The notes under the pieces were generated by a model. The model was not told the DNA's origin and made no database searches. It was given only the letters and a program-made list of their open reading frames with translations. A stretch of 64,000 bases of DNA from Candidatus Daviesbacteria bacterium (lineage in GTDB: Bacteria; Patescibacteriota; Microgenomatia; Daviesbacterales; UBA10151), in contig JAUSHL010000038.1 in NCBI GenBank assembly GCA_030648645.1, positions 3,657-67,656 of the forward strand, read 5' to 3'. Every line of letters starts with the position of its first letter. The stretch's first letter is position 1. Shown here piece by piece: positions 55,509 through 64,000 of this stretch. Position numbers and translations under genes: made by a program.

Positions 55509-56720
55509 GTGTGTTTTAGTATACTCATACTCAACTTACACAAAAAAATAATCATGACCAATTCTAATAACAAAATGACTGTAACCTGTCCAAAATGCCA
55601 GCATAAATTTTCTGTTGATGAGGCACTGGTTCCGCAAATTGCCGAAGCCCGTTCTCAAATTGAAACAGAACTCCGCCAAAAAATGCTTGATTGGCAAAAA
55701 AATAAAGAAGAAATACTAAATAAGGATGTGGAAGAGAAATTAAAAGCACTAAAAAAAGAAAATGAAAAAAAGACAGAAGAACTTAAAAAAACCCGTGAGT
55801 TGGAACTGAAACTATTAAATGAGAAAAAAGCTTTTGAAGATGAAAAACAAACCTTTGAATTAAAAGTTCAACGGCAGATGAATGAAGAAAGAGAAAAAAT
55901 CCGGGAAAATGTCAGTAAAGTATTAATGGAAGAGCATCAACTTAAGGATGCTGAGAATTTGAAAAAAATTGCTGATATGTCCAAAATGATTGAGGAACTT
56001 AAATTAAAAGCCGGACAAGGTTCACAGCAATTACAGGGTGAAGTTTTGGAATTAGAACTGGAAGAATTACTTATTAAAACTTTTCCTTTGGATGAAATTT
56101 TACCGGTTGGTAAAGGGATTACCGGAGCGGATGTCGTACAAAAAGTTCGTGACACACAGGGTAAAGTGTGTGGGTCAATTATTTGGGAATCAAAAAGAAC
56201 TAAAAACTGGACAGAAGGATGGGTTATGAAATTAAAAGATGATTTGCGCGCGTCAAAAGGAAATGTGGCAGTACTGGTTACTTCAGTTTTACCACCGGAG
56301 ATTAATAAATTTGGTCCCCGCGATGGAATTTATGTGACTAATTTTGAAAGTTTCTTAAGTGTTGCCTCACTACTCCGGATTGCTTTAATTGAACAAAATA
56401 AAACAAAACTTTCTGTGGTGGGAAAAAATGAAAAAATGGATGCAATTTATAATTATTTATCAGGAAGTGAGTTCCGTCAAAGAGTGGAGGCAATCGTCGA
56501 AAGCTTTTCCGGAATGCAATCTGATTTGGAAAAAGAAAAAAGAATGTATACCCAAATTTGGGCAAAAAGAGAAAAACAAATTCAAAAAGTTTTGGATTCA
56601 ACCATTGGTATGCATGGAGATTTACAAGGATTAATGGGAGCATCTTTACCCCAACTACCAAGCTTAGATATTGAAATTGATGAAATTGAAATTATGATTG
56701 AAGAAAATTTAGAAAAATGA
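55509..56720 (+). CDS. DUF2130/RmuC-like protein: N-terminal C4 zinc ribbon, long coiled coil, conserved C-terminal domain (start may be the ATG at 55554)
   Basis: CPKCQHKF zinc ribbon; E/K-rich heptads; C-terminal GSIIWESKRTKNWTEGWVMKLKDD resembles DUF2130. Confidence 0.45.
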   Translation: MCFSILILNLHKKIIMTNSNNKMTVTCPKCQHKFSVDEALVPQIAEARSQIETELRQKMLDWQKNKEEILNKDVEEKLKALKKENEKKTEELKKTRELELKLLNEKKAFEDEKQTFELKVQRQMNEEREKIRENVSKVLMEEHQLKDAENLKKIADMSKMIEELKLKAGQGSQQLQGEVLELELEELLIKTFPLDEILPVGKGITGADVVQKVRDTQGKVCGSIIWESKRTKNWTEGWVMKLKDDLRASKGNVAVLVTSVLPPEINKFGPRDGIYVTNFESFLSVASLLRIALIEQNKTKLSVVGKNEKMDAIYNYLSGSEFRQRVEAIVESFSGMQSDLEKEKRMYTQIWAKREKQIQKVLDSTIGMHGDLQGLMGASLPQLPSLDIEIDEIEIMIEENLEK

Positions 56721-59700
56721 TTTCTAATACTTTTGATAAACTTTATAAACGATTAAATCCGGAACAAAAATTAGCTGTTGATGAGATAGAAGGACCAGTG
56801 ATGGTGATTGCCGGTCCGGGGACCGGAAAGACTCAAATTCTCACACTTCGGATTGCTAATATTTTAATTAAAACTCAAGTTAATCCGGAAAATATTCTGG
56901 CTCTAACTTTTACAGAATCTGCCAAATCAGAAATGAGGCAAAGATTAGTAGAAATTATTGGCACGCCGGCATACCGTGTACAAATTAATACTTTTCATGG
57001 TTTTTCCAATGAAGTTATAAAATCAAATCCAGAAAATTTTCCTCATTTAATTTCCTCAGAAAGTATTACTGAAGTTGAACAAATTGAAAGTTTGGAAAAA
57101 ATTATAACTAACACGGATTTGCAATTTTTAAAACCATTTGGTGATCCGCTGTATTATTTAAAACCCTCTTTATCGGAAATCAGTAATCTAAAAAAAGAGG
57201 GGATTGATTCAAATTTATTGGAGGAAGCAATAAAAAAATGGGAAGATGATTTTACTAAAATTGATGACTTATATCATGAAAAAGGAAAATACGCAGGAGA
57301 AATGAAAGGTAAATATCAAGACGAACTGAAAAGTATTAATAAGACAAAAGAACTGTTATTAATTTATAAAAAATATCAGGAATATTTATTAAAAGAAAGA
57401 AAATATGATTTTAATGACATGCTCTTGGAAGTAAAAAAAGCTTTGGAAAATGATAAAGGCTTATTACTTAGATTACAAGAAAAATATCAATACATTTTAA
57501 TTGATGAACATCAGGATACTAATGCAGTGCAAAATAAAATTGCTGAACTTTTAGGAAGTTTTTTCGAAGACAACCCAAATCTTTTTGTAGTGGGGGATGA
57601 AAAACAGGCAATTTTCCGTTTTCAAGGAGCCTCTCTGGAGAATTTTTTATATTTTCAAAAAAAATATCCAAAAGCTAAAATTATAAAACTTACAGAAAAT
57701 TACCGGTCGCATCAAAAAATCTTAGATGCTGTTGATAGTTTGATTTCTAATAATATTACCGCGAATTTATTATCTCCCAAGAAAATTATTTTGCATGCCC
57801 AATCAAAAAAAATATCTGAACCAATAAAACTGGCGGTGTTAAATAATTATTTTACTGAATATCAATTTATAGTTGATGATATTTCGAAAAAAATTAAACA
57901 AGGAATTCCACTGGAAGAAATTGCTATTATTGGCCGTAATAATAAAGATTTAAAAGTTGTTGCAGAATCCTTGGAAAGAAATGGTATTCCATATTCACTG
58001 CATAGTGATCAAAATATTTTTAATGATTTATATATGCAAAAATTGATCCTGATACTGGAAGCAGTAGGATCTGTGGGAAAGGACTTTGAACTATTAAAAG
58101 TCATGCATATTGATTTATTCAACATTGAGCCTTTGGACATTTATAAAATAATGGGGTATGCCCGCAAAAATAGAAGCTCCGTGTACGAGGTTTTGAGTAC
58201 TTTGAACAAAAGCTTAGCAAAAGAATTAAAACTTAAAAGTTTTGATTCATTAATTTCTTTTTATCAAAAATTAAATAATTGGCAAAAGACTGTACACAAC
58301 GAAAGTTTTGAAAAATTATTTATACAGGTTATAAACGAATCAGGATTTAAGGAAGCAATTTTAAAAAGTCCAAAAAGATTGGAACTTTTAGATAAATTGA
58401 TTACACTTTTTGAAGAAATTAAATCATTGGTTGAAAAAAATCCCAAATTCGGATTAAAGGATTTTTTAGATTATTTGCAGATGTGTCAAAAACATGAGTT
58501 ACCTTTAAAAAGTCATGTAATTTCGATTGATCAAAAAGCAGTAAAACTGATGACGGCACACCGTTCCAAAGGATTGGAATTTGATTATGTTTATATTGTT
58601 AATGCTTACGATGGACATTGGGGAAATGCTAAAAAAAGATCAGCTGGGCTTAAAATTCCTTGGGATATTTTAGGAATTACTTTAAATCTGGATACTGAAA
58701 ATGAAGATGAAAGAAGATTATTTTATGTAGCAATGACCCGCGCCCGCCAAGATATTATTATTACTTATTCAACACGCTGCCTTGAAGGAACAGAAAAAAT
58801 TCCATCACAATTTTTATCAGAAATTAATCCAAAATTAGTTGAAAAAATTGACACGGAGAAATTTGAAAAAGATTTTTTGCAGAAAAAAGAGGTAATTTTT
58901 GATGTAAGTACTGCGGTAAAAATTCCAGTGAAGAATGAATCTTCTCGAGGAGAAGCTTCTCCTAGAAAGGATCAACAATTTTTTAAAGAACTTTTTTTGC
59001 TTAGGGGATTATCAGCAACCGGACTTGATAATTATTTGAAATGTCCATGGCAATATTTTTACCGTAATTTATTGCAGTTTCCTGAAAGTAAAGAGAATTA
59101 TTTAATTTTTGGAACTGCAATCCACTTTGCTTTGGATTCTTTTATTTATCAAAGAAAAATAAAAAAATTAACTGGTAATTTTCTGGTAGAAAAATTTTCG
59201 GAAAGTTTAGATAATGAATTTCTTGTTGAACAAGACCGCAAAACACTTTTAGAAAAAGGTAAAAAAGCTCTACTTGGATACTTTGAAAATATTATTCCAA
59301 CTTGGGGGAAGGAAACCATGAGTGAGTTAAAAATATCTGGAGTAAAATTAACTGAAAATGTAACAATAACCGGAAGATTGGATATGATTGAAATAATTTC
59401 AGGAAACAGTGTTGCAGTACATGATTTTAAAACCGGAAAAATAAAATCCAGATCACAAATTGATGAGACAAATGAAAAAAGTGATTACCATTATTTGCGC
59501 CAGTTAACTTTTTATAAAATCTTATTAGATCGAAGTAAAAACGGATTAATGAAAATGACAGAAGGGGTAATAGATTTTATTGAACCAAATGAAAAAGGAA
59601 TATTTAAAAGTGAGAAATTTGAAGTGACAGAAATAATGGCAAAAGATTTGGAAAAAGAAATTATTAAAGTATCAAATGAGATTATAAATTTAGAATTTTG

Positions 59701-59767
59701 GGATAAAAGATGTGATGATCTAAAATGTGAATATTGTAAATTAAGAGATTTAACTATTTCAGAATAA
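56717..59767 (+). CDS. UvrD/PcrA-like superfamily-1 helicase fused to a C-terminal Cas4/AddB-like PD-(D/E)xK nuclease with Cys cluster
   Basis: Walker A AGPGTGKTQIL, DEHQDTN, VGDEKQAIFRFQGA, ENYRS; C-terminal CPWQYF...HDFKTGK...YLRQLTFY...CDDLKCEYCKL. Confidence 0.75.
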   Translation: MISNTFDKLYKRLNPEQKLAVDEIEGPVMVIAGPGTGKTQILTLRIANILIKTQVNPENILALTFTESAKSEMRQRLVEIIGTPAYRVQINTFHGFSNEVIKSNPENFPHLISSESITEVEQIESLEKIITNTDLQFLKPFGDPLYYLKPSLSEISNLKKEGIDSNLLEEAIKKWEDDFTKIDDLYHEKGKYAGEMKGKYQDELKSINKTKELLLIYKKYQEYLLKERKYDFNDMLLEVKKALENDKGLLLRLQEKYQYILIDEHQDTNAVQNKIAELLGSFFEDNPNLFVVGDEKQAIFRFQGASLENFLYFQKKYPKAKIIKLTENYRSHQKILDAVDSLISNNITANLLSPKKIILHAQSKKISEPIKLAVLNNYFTEYQFIVDDISKKIKQGIPLEEIAIIGRNNKDLKVVAESLERNGIPYSLHSDQNIFNDLYMQKLILILEAVGSVGKDFELLKVMHIDLFNIEPLDIYKIMGYARKNRSSVYEVLSTLNKSLAKELKLKSFDSLISFYQKLNNWQKTVHNESFEKLFIQVINESGFKEAILKSPKRLELLDKLITLFEEIKSLVEKNPKFGLKDFLDYLQMCQKHELPLKSHVISIDQKAVKLMTAHRSKGLEFDYVYIVNAYDGHWGNAKKRSAGLKIPWDILGITLNLDTENEDERRLFYVAMTRARQDIIITYSTRCLEGTEKIPSQFLSEINPKLVEKIDTEKFEKDFLQKKEVIFDVSTAVKIPVKNESSRGEASPRKDQQFFKELFLLRGLSATGLDNYLKCPWQYFYRNLLQFPESKENYLIFGTAIHFALDSFIYQRKIKKLTGNFLVEKFSESLDNEFLVEQDRKTLLEKGKKALLGYFENIIPTWGKETMSELKISGVKLTENVTITGRLDMIEIISGNSVAVHDFKTGKIKSRSQIDETNEKSDYHYLRQLTFYKILLDRSKNGLMKMTEGVIDFIEPNEKGIFKSEKFEVTEIMAKDLEKEIIKVSNEIINLEFWDKRCDDLKCEYCKLRDLTISE

Positions 59768-59799
59768 ATTTAATGTGTAATTTTTAATTAACTGCTATA

Positions 59800-60366
59800 A
59801 TGAAACAATCAATGAAAGCTACACAGCAATTAAAAGACGAACATCAAGGTGTACTCATAGCTCTTTCCATATTGGAAAAAATTAACAAGAAACTTAAAAA
59901 GGGTGAAAATGTTGATTATAAACATCTTGAACAACTTTTAGAATTTATAAGGGTATTTGTCGATAAATGCCATCATGGTAAAGAAGAAGATTTACTTTTT
60001 CCGGCGATGGAAAAAGCTGGAATCCCAAATGAGGGCGGACCAATTGGGATGATGTTAGAAGAACATAATTTAGGAAGAAATTATGTCAAAAATTTTGCTC
60101 AAGCTATAGAAGATTTTAAAACAGGTGATCCAAAAGCTGCTAATAAAATTATCAAAAGTACTAGTAGTTATATCGCTCTATTGAAAGACCATATTGATAA
60201 AGAGGATAATATTTTATACATGATTGCCGATGCTCATCTTTCCCAAAAAACTCAAAAAGATTTATTAGAGAAATTTGAGATAGTTGAGAATGAAAAAGTT
60301 GGTAAAGGAAAACATGAAGAATTTCATAAAATGCTGGATAATTTACAAAAGATTTATCTGAGCTAA
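59800..60366 (+). CDS. hemerythrin-like (HHE cation-binding) domain protein
   Basis: H/E/D ligands in helical repeats: DEHQGV, CHHGKEEDLLFP, EEHNLG, HIDKED. Confidence 0.6.
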   Translation: MKQSMKATQQLKDEHQGVLIALSILEKINKKLKKGENVDYKHLEQLLEFIRVFVDKCHHGKEEDLLFPAMEKAGIPNEGGPIGMMLEEHNLGRNYVKNFAQAIEDFKTGDPKAANKIIKSTSSYIALLKDHIDKEDNILYMIADAHLSQKTQKDLLEKFEIVENEKVGKGKHEEFHKMLDNLQKIYLS

Positions 60367-60393
60367 AATTTATTTTATTCTTGAACCAGAATA

Positions 60394-60469
60394 CCTCGCA
60401 GCTTGCTGCGAGGATGAATGGTTCACAGAAGAACTTGCCCGAAGGGATACTCCGCAATTTATTGCGGAG
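60394..60469. terminator. two perfect palindromes between convergent genes (likely bidirectional terminators)
   Basis: cctcgcagc-tt-gctgcgagg (60394-60413) and ctccgcaat-tt-attgcggag (60450-60469). Confidence 0.4.
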
Positions 60470-60476
60470 TAGTTCA

Positions 60477-61262
60477 TTATTTCTTCTGCCAACCAGTAAT
60501 GACATGATTTTTAAATCTTCGGGGGTCGAAAATTTCTAAAATATCTGTTTTTTGAAATTTAGTTTTTAAATATTTTTCCAATTCAAATCCACCATTTCTT
60601 GATTCTTGATTATGAGCAGGTCTGTTAAAAATAATCATGCCATCATTTTTTAAAAATGGCATAATTTTTTCAATAAAGTTTGGCTGATTAGAATTTAAAG
60701 AAACATAGGGTGGTTGCCCGGTAAAAATATCAACAATTATAATATCGAATAAAGAATTAAGAATAAAGAATTTAGAATAAGCGGAGCTTGCGAGCAGATG
60801 CTCTTTAAGAATCTGAAATGCGTCAGCTTTTAAAATCTGATAATTGGGTAATTGATCCAGATTAAAATATTTTCGGCAGGCTTCAATTATAAATTTATCT
60901 ATTTCAATAATAGTCTGAAGAATTTTGGGATTTTTTTGAGCAATTAAACTAGGAATAGTGTTTGCCCCTAATCCCAAAAGTAGTACTTGGCTATTCTTCC
61001 TTGAAGAACAAAATTTAACTACTAATTCTGCTACGGTGAACCAATAACTTTTTTCGATACTTTGATCTTTAATGGAAACTCCCTGAGGATATGAATTTAT
61101 CGTTAAAACTTTTTCTTTATTATATTTTTCAAAAACTTCAATTTTTCCCAAAATAAGGGATTTATAAATTGCTATTTTTTTTAACCGGAGTCTCCAATAA
61201 AAAAATAACAAAATTGGAATTAATATTAAAGTAAAAATTATTAAGGTAAAATTTTGCTGCAT
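60477..61262 (-). CDS. membrane-anchored spermidine-synthase-like / class I methyltransferase-fold protein
   Basis: N-terminal TM; LLLGLGANT glycine-rich motif, IIIVDIF acidic motif. Confidence 0.4.
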   Translation of the reverse strand: MQQNFTLIIFTLILIPILLFFYWRLRLKKIAIYKSLILGKIEVFEKYNKEKVLTINSYPQGVSIKDQSIEKSYWFTVAELVVKFCSSRKNSQVLLLGLGANTIPSLIAQKNPKILQTIIEIDKFIIEACRKYFNLDQLPNYQILKADAFQILKEHLLASSAYSKFFILNSLFDIIIVDIFTGQPPYVSLNSNQPNFIEKIMPFLKNDGMIIFNRPAHNQESRNGGFELEKYLKTKFQKTDILEIFDPRRFKNHVITGWQKK

Positions 61263-62173
61263 AAATATAATAACTTATAAACCGGATTATAAATTTTTAT
61301 AAAAGATCCGGGATATTCAATGACATTACCATGAAATCTTTTTTTGAACTCAGAAAAATTTTTCCATGATTTTCTCTCTTTCGGAAATCTTGGATCATAA
61401 ATTCCTTCAAAATCAAAAATAGGCAATTTTTTACTTTTGGCAAATTTAATACTTTCCCAAACCAATAAATAATTTGCTAAGGTTTCATAGCCTACTTTGG
61501 TAATACCTGTGTTCATATAAACAGCCCGATCTTCTAAAATTCCCAGCCAAACAGCTGCGACGGGTTGAGAAGATTGCTTCTCCGGCTTTCGCCGGATCGC
61601 AATGACATTATGATAGGCAAATAAAATATATGAAGAGTTTTTAAAAGCCATCATTTTTTTATGAAATTCGGAATGTCCCGGAATATAAAATTTTTTTAAA
61701 TGAGTTAAATTAGATAAAAGAGAATAAAATTTTTTAAATTGTAAATCACGGTCGCTATCTTTTAATGAAATTATTTTAATTTCTAAATTATTATTTTGCG
61801 CCTTTTTAATATTTCTTCTGGCATTTTCGGAAAATCCGGATAAAATTTTATTCTCTGATTTATTTATATCAATATAAATTGTTGAAGTGTGAGTGAGAGA
61901 GCTTTTCGATCGAACATATCCATTTTTTAAAACAGCTTCTTTATTAAAGTTATTTTTATCCGGTTCTAAAATTACAAATAAAGAATGATGCTTTTTGGCA
62001 AATTTATCAATTTCGGAAAATGATAAATTATTTTGAGGATGTTGAATTTTAATAACTGAATATTTTAAAAATGGTAAATTTCGAATAAAGACCCGAGAGT
62101 TTCCGATTTTTTCTACTTTCCAGCCAATTGAAGATAAATAATCTCCCCATTCTTTTGATTGTCTGATGTCCAT
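61241..62173 (-). CDS. FemAB-family peptidoglycan aminoacyltransferase-like protein carrying an in-frame repeat half-element
   Basis: FemAB-like N-terminus ...SKEWGDYLSSIGW...; VAIRRKPEKQSS encoded by MITE half-copy 61572-61616. Confidence 0.5.
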   Translation of the reverse strand: MDIRQSKEWGDYLSSIGWKVEKIGNSRVFIRNLPFLKYSVIKIQHPQNNLSFSEIDKFAKKHHSLFVILEPDKNNFNKEAVLKNGYVRSKSSLTHTSTIYIDINKSENKILSGFSENARRNIKKAQNNNLEIKIISLKDSDRDLQFKKFYSLLSNLTHLKKFYIPGHSEFHKKMMAFKNSSYILFAYHNVIAIRRKPEKQSSQPVAAVWLGILEDRAVYMNTGITKVGYETLANYLLVWESIKFAKSKKLPIFDFEGIYDPRFPKERKSWKNFSEFKKRFHGNVIEYPGSFIKIYNPVYKLLYLCSKILP

Positions 62174-62244
62174 AAAAAATTTCTAATTTCTAATTTCTAA
62201 TTTCTAATAAGCGAAGCTTGAAAACTCAGTTTTCAAGCAAGCTT

Positions 62245-63342
62245 TCAAACTTCGTTTATTAACCTAAGAAGTAATAATTTTAGTGGCATAAATTTTTCAA
62301 CTATATTAAATAAAATATAAATTGGCCAATTTAAAATTAAATCATAAGTTCCAATATATTCTATAAGTTCGGCACCCAACCCTCCTTTAAATTTAGTAAA
62401 TCCAAAATAAGAATCTTTTTCTCCTTTACTGAGATCTGCTGCTCCCCAAAGATCAAATTTTTTTAATCCCAATTTTTTACCCAATCTGATGGCATCCCAA
62501 GCCAATAAATTAGATGACATTACATTACGGTGTAATTCTGATGAGCCACCATAAGGATAATATAATGTATCTTTAAAATTTATTAACATCCAAGCGGTTA
62601 AAGGAATTTTTTCATAATAAGCAACTAATACTCTAACCATATTTTCTTTTTTCAGAGATTGCCAGACTGATTTGTGATAACTCATATTGTGTCCATGATA
62701 GCCTTGTCGTTTGGTAGTATCGAAATATAATTTTATGTAATCTGCAAAAAGCTGATCATCTGTGCCTTCTTTGATTATGACTTCATGTTTTTTTGCTACC
62801 TTGATGTTATATCTAAATTTTTGATGCATGTTTTGTAAAATTTCATCTTCGGATTTGGTTAAATCTAAAACATAATTGAATTTGGTAAAAAGTGGTTTAG
62901 GCGATGGTTTAAATTTTTTTGATATCAATGTGTTGTCATTGCGAGGAGCTCCGGCAGAGCCGGACGACGAAGCAATCTCTGTTTCAGATTGCTTCTCCGG
63001 CAATTGCCGGATCGCAATGACATCAGGTTCAATCTTAATGAAGGCACAATTATTTTCTTTGCCAATTTGTGTTAGGGCTTTGGCCAAATTTTTATCAGGA
63101 AATGGGCCTTTTGGTAAATATCCTACAAAATATTTTGTCAGAGGAATTTTATGAAAAGTAATTTGAAAAGCAGTTACTAATTGATTATTTTCAAAAAGAC
63201 CATATCTTTTTAATTTTGTATCCAAACTTTTTCTAAACTGCCCCCAAGCCCATGATTGCATGAGATGAGATACTGATTTATTGTAAATATTTTTTTCTTT
63301 TTCAGTAATTTCTCGCAAGTCCATAGCTGAATTATATATCAA
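62245..63342 (-). CDS. FemAB-family peptidoglycan aminoacyltransferase (FemX-like) carrying an in-frame repeat element
   Basis: ...HLMQSWAWGQFRKS...YLPKGPF... FemAB signature; insertion PDVIAIRQLPEKQSETEIASSSGSAGAPRNDNTLIS from 62934-63021. Confidence 0.6.
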   Translation of the reverse strand: MIYNSAMDLREITEKEKNIYNKSVSHLMQSWAWGQFRKSLDTKLKRYGLFENNQLVTAFQITFHKIPLTKYFVGYLPKGPFPDKNLAKALTQIGKENNCAFIKIEPDVIAIRQLPEKQSETEIASSSGSAGAPRNDNTLISKKFKPSPKPLFTKFNYVLDLTKSEDEILQNMHQKFRYNIKVAKKHEVIIKEGTDDQLFADYIKLYFDTTKRQGYHGHNMSYHKSVWQSLKKENMVRVLVAYYEKIPLTAWMLINFKDTLYYPYGGSSELHRNVMSSNLLAWDAIRLGKKLGLKKFDLWGAADLSKGEKDSYFGFTKFKGGLGAELIEYIGTYDLILNWPIYILFNIVEKFMPLKLLLLRLINEV

Positions 63343-63372
63343 AAAGGTGGTTTGTGGTAAAATACCCTAGTT

Positions 63373-63969
63373 ATGGATCAAAGAAACAAAGTTATCATTT
63401 TTGGAGGGGTGGGTTTGCTTATTTTAGCCGTAGTTTTTGTGTCTTTATTTTATATTTTAAAATCTTCTAAAATTACGAAGGTAACACAGTCGGCAAATGT
63501 GCCCAATTCTTTATCCAGACTTCCCAGTGTGGCAACTACTCCTTCTATAGTTTCTGATTTATCGCCTACACCAGTTTTATCAAATGATAAAATTTTTAAA
63601 GGTTTAGGTTATACTTTAAACTTTCCCAATAATTGGGGACTTTTAACTTGTAATAATTCCAATAATTTTGAGTTTGATCCAAGCGGTGAAAACAGAAAAG
63701 ATATAGTTTGTGATAGCGCCTTAAAACCGGTGACATTTTTGATAGTAAATAAGTTAAATTGCAGTGGCGAACCAATTAAATTAGGTGATAATCATGCGAC
63801 CAAAACAAAAACTTTAAGTGATAATGGGGATATTTCTTATAGATGGTGCTCAGCAGTAAGAGGTACGAATTTTGATATTTCTCACAGAGTATCACAGGAC
63901 GGAAGCCGGGCTACAAGTAAAAATGATTTTTCTAAGGAAGTGGAACAGATTATTTCTTCAATTAAATGA
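63373..63969 (+). CDS. membrane-anchored secreted protein, unknown function
   Basis: N-terminal TM VIIFGGVGLLILAVVFVSLFYIL; four Cys in ectodomain. Confidence 0.3.
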   Translation: MDQRNKVIIFGGVGLLILAVVFVSLFYILKSSKITKVTQSANVPNSLSRLPSVATTPSIVSDLSPTPVLSNDKIFKGLGYTLNFPNNWGLLTCNNSNNFEFDPSGENRKDIVCDSALKPVTFLIVNKLNCSGEPIKLGDNHATKTKTLSDNGDISYRWCSAVRGTNFDISHRVSQDGSRATSKNDFSKEVEQIISSIK

Positions 63970-64000
63970 AATCTAGAAGATAGAAACTTTAGCAGATGAT

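Noticed and set aside
1-64000. tRNA or rRNA genes
   Set aside because: Reading of all intergenic spacers found no GGTTCGAATCC-type T-arm with a matching acceptor stem, and no rRNA-like conserved stretches.

Overview
This 64-kb window comes from a low-GC bacterial chromosome (roughly one-third GC by eye). Its gene content looks like a small Patescibacteria/CPR-type genome: many toxin-antitoxin pairs, FemAB-type cell-wall genes, glycosyltransferases, and almost no central metabolism. The window spans the replication-origin neighbourhood. dnaN and dnaA lie on the minus strand with DnaA boxes on both flanks, and the conserved rpmH-rnpA-yidD-yidC-jag operon follows on the plus strand. Between dnaA and rpmH there is a ~2.4-kb accessory insertion (a DUF3800-like gene and a HEPN/MNT pair) bracketed by ~230-bp direct repeats built from promoter-like palindromic modules. 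The window begins with a VirB4-type secretion/conjugation-like operon. Recognisable housekeeping genes are rnhA, rplY, valS, tsaD, murB, a purA-like gene, groES, groEL, metG and tatD. Seven type II TA modules (Doc/Phd, VapBC, HigBA, HicBA, Phd/RelE, RelBE, HEPN/MNT) are concentrated at 23.8-43 kb. The most unusual signal is a family of GC-rich palindromic MITE-like repeats with gtcattgcgag...ctcgcaatgac termini. Intergenic copies occur throughout, and further copies are inserted in-frame in valS, tsaD and two FemAB-family genes, where they encode the recurring peptide VIAIRQLPEKQS. This resembles Rickettsia palindromic elements. Other candidate novel features: groES and groEL are split by a MITE plus three small unknown genes, each preceded by the same ribosome-binding-site/ATG junction. 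A helical protein is paired with a Cas4-like nuclease, and a DUF2130-like coiled-coil protein with a UvrD-helicase/Cas4-nuclease fusion. Several structured GC-rich elements and short repeat arrays are unexplained. I found no tRNA, rRNA or CRISPR array. All calls come from reading the sequence and remembered family motifs; no searches were run.
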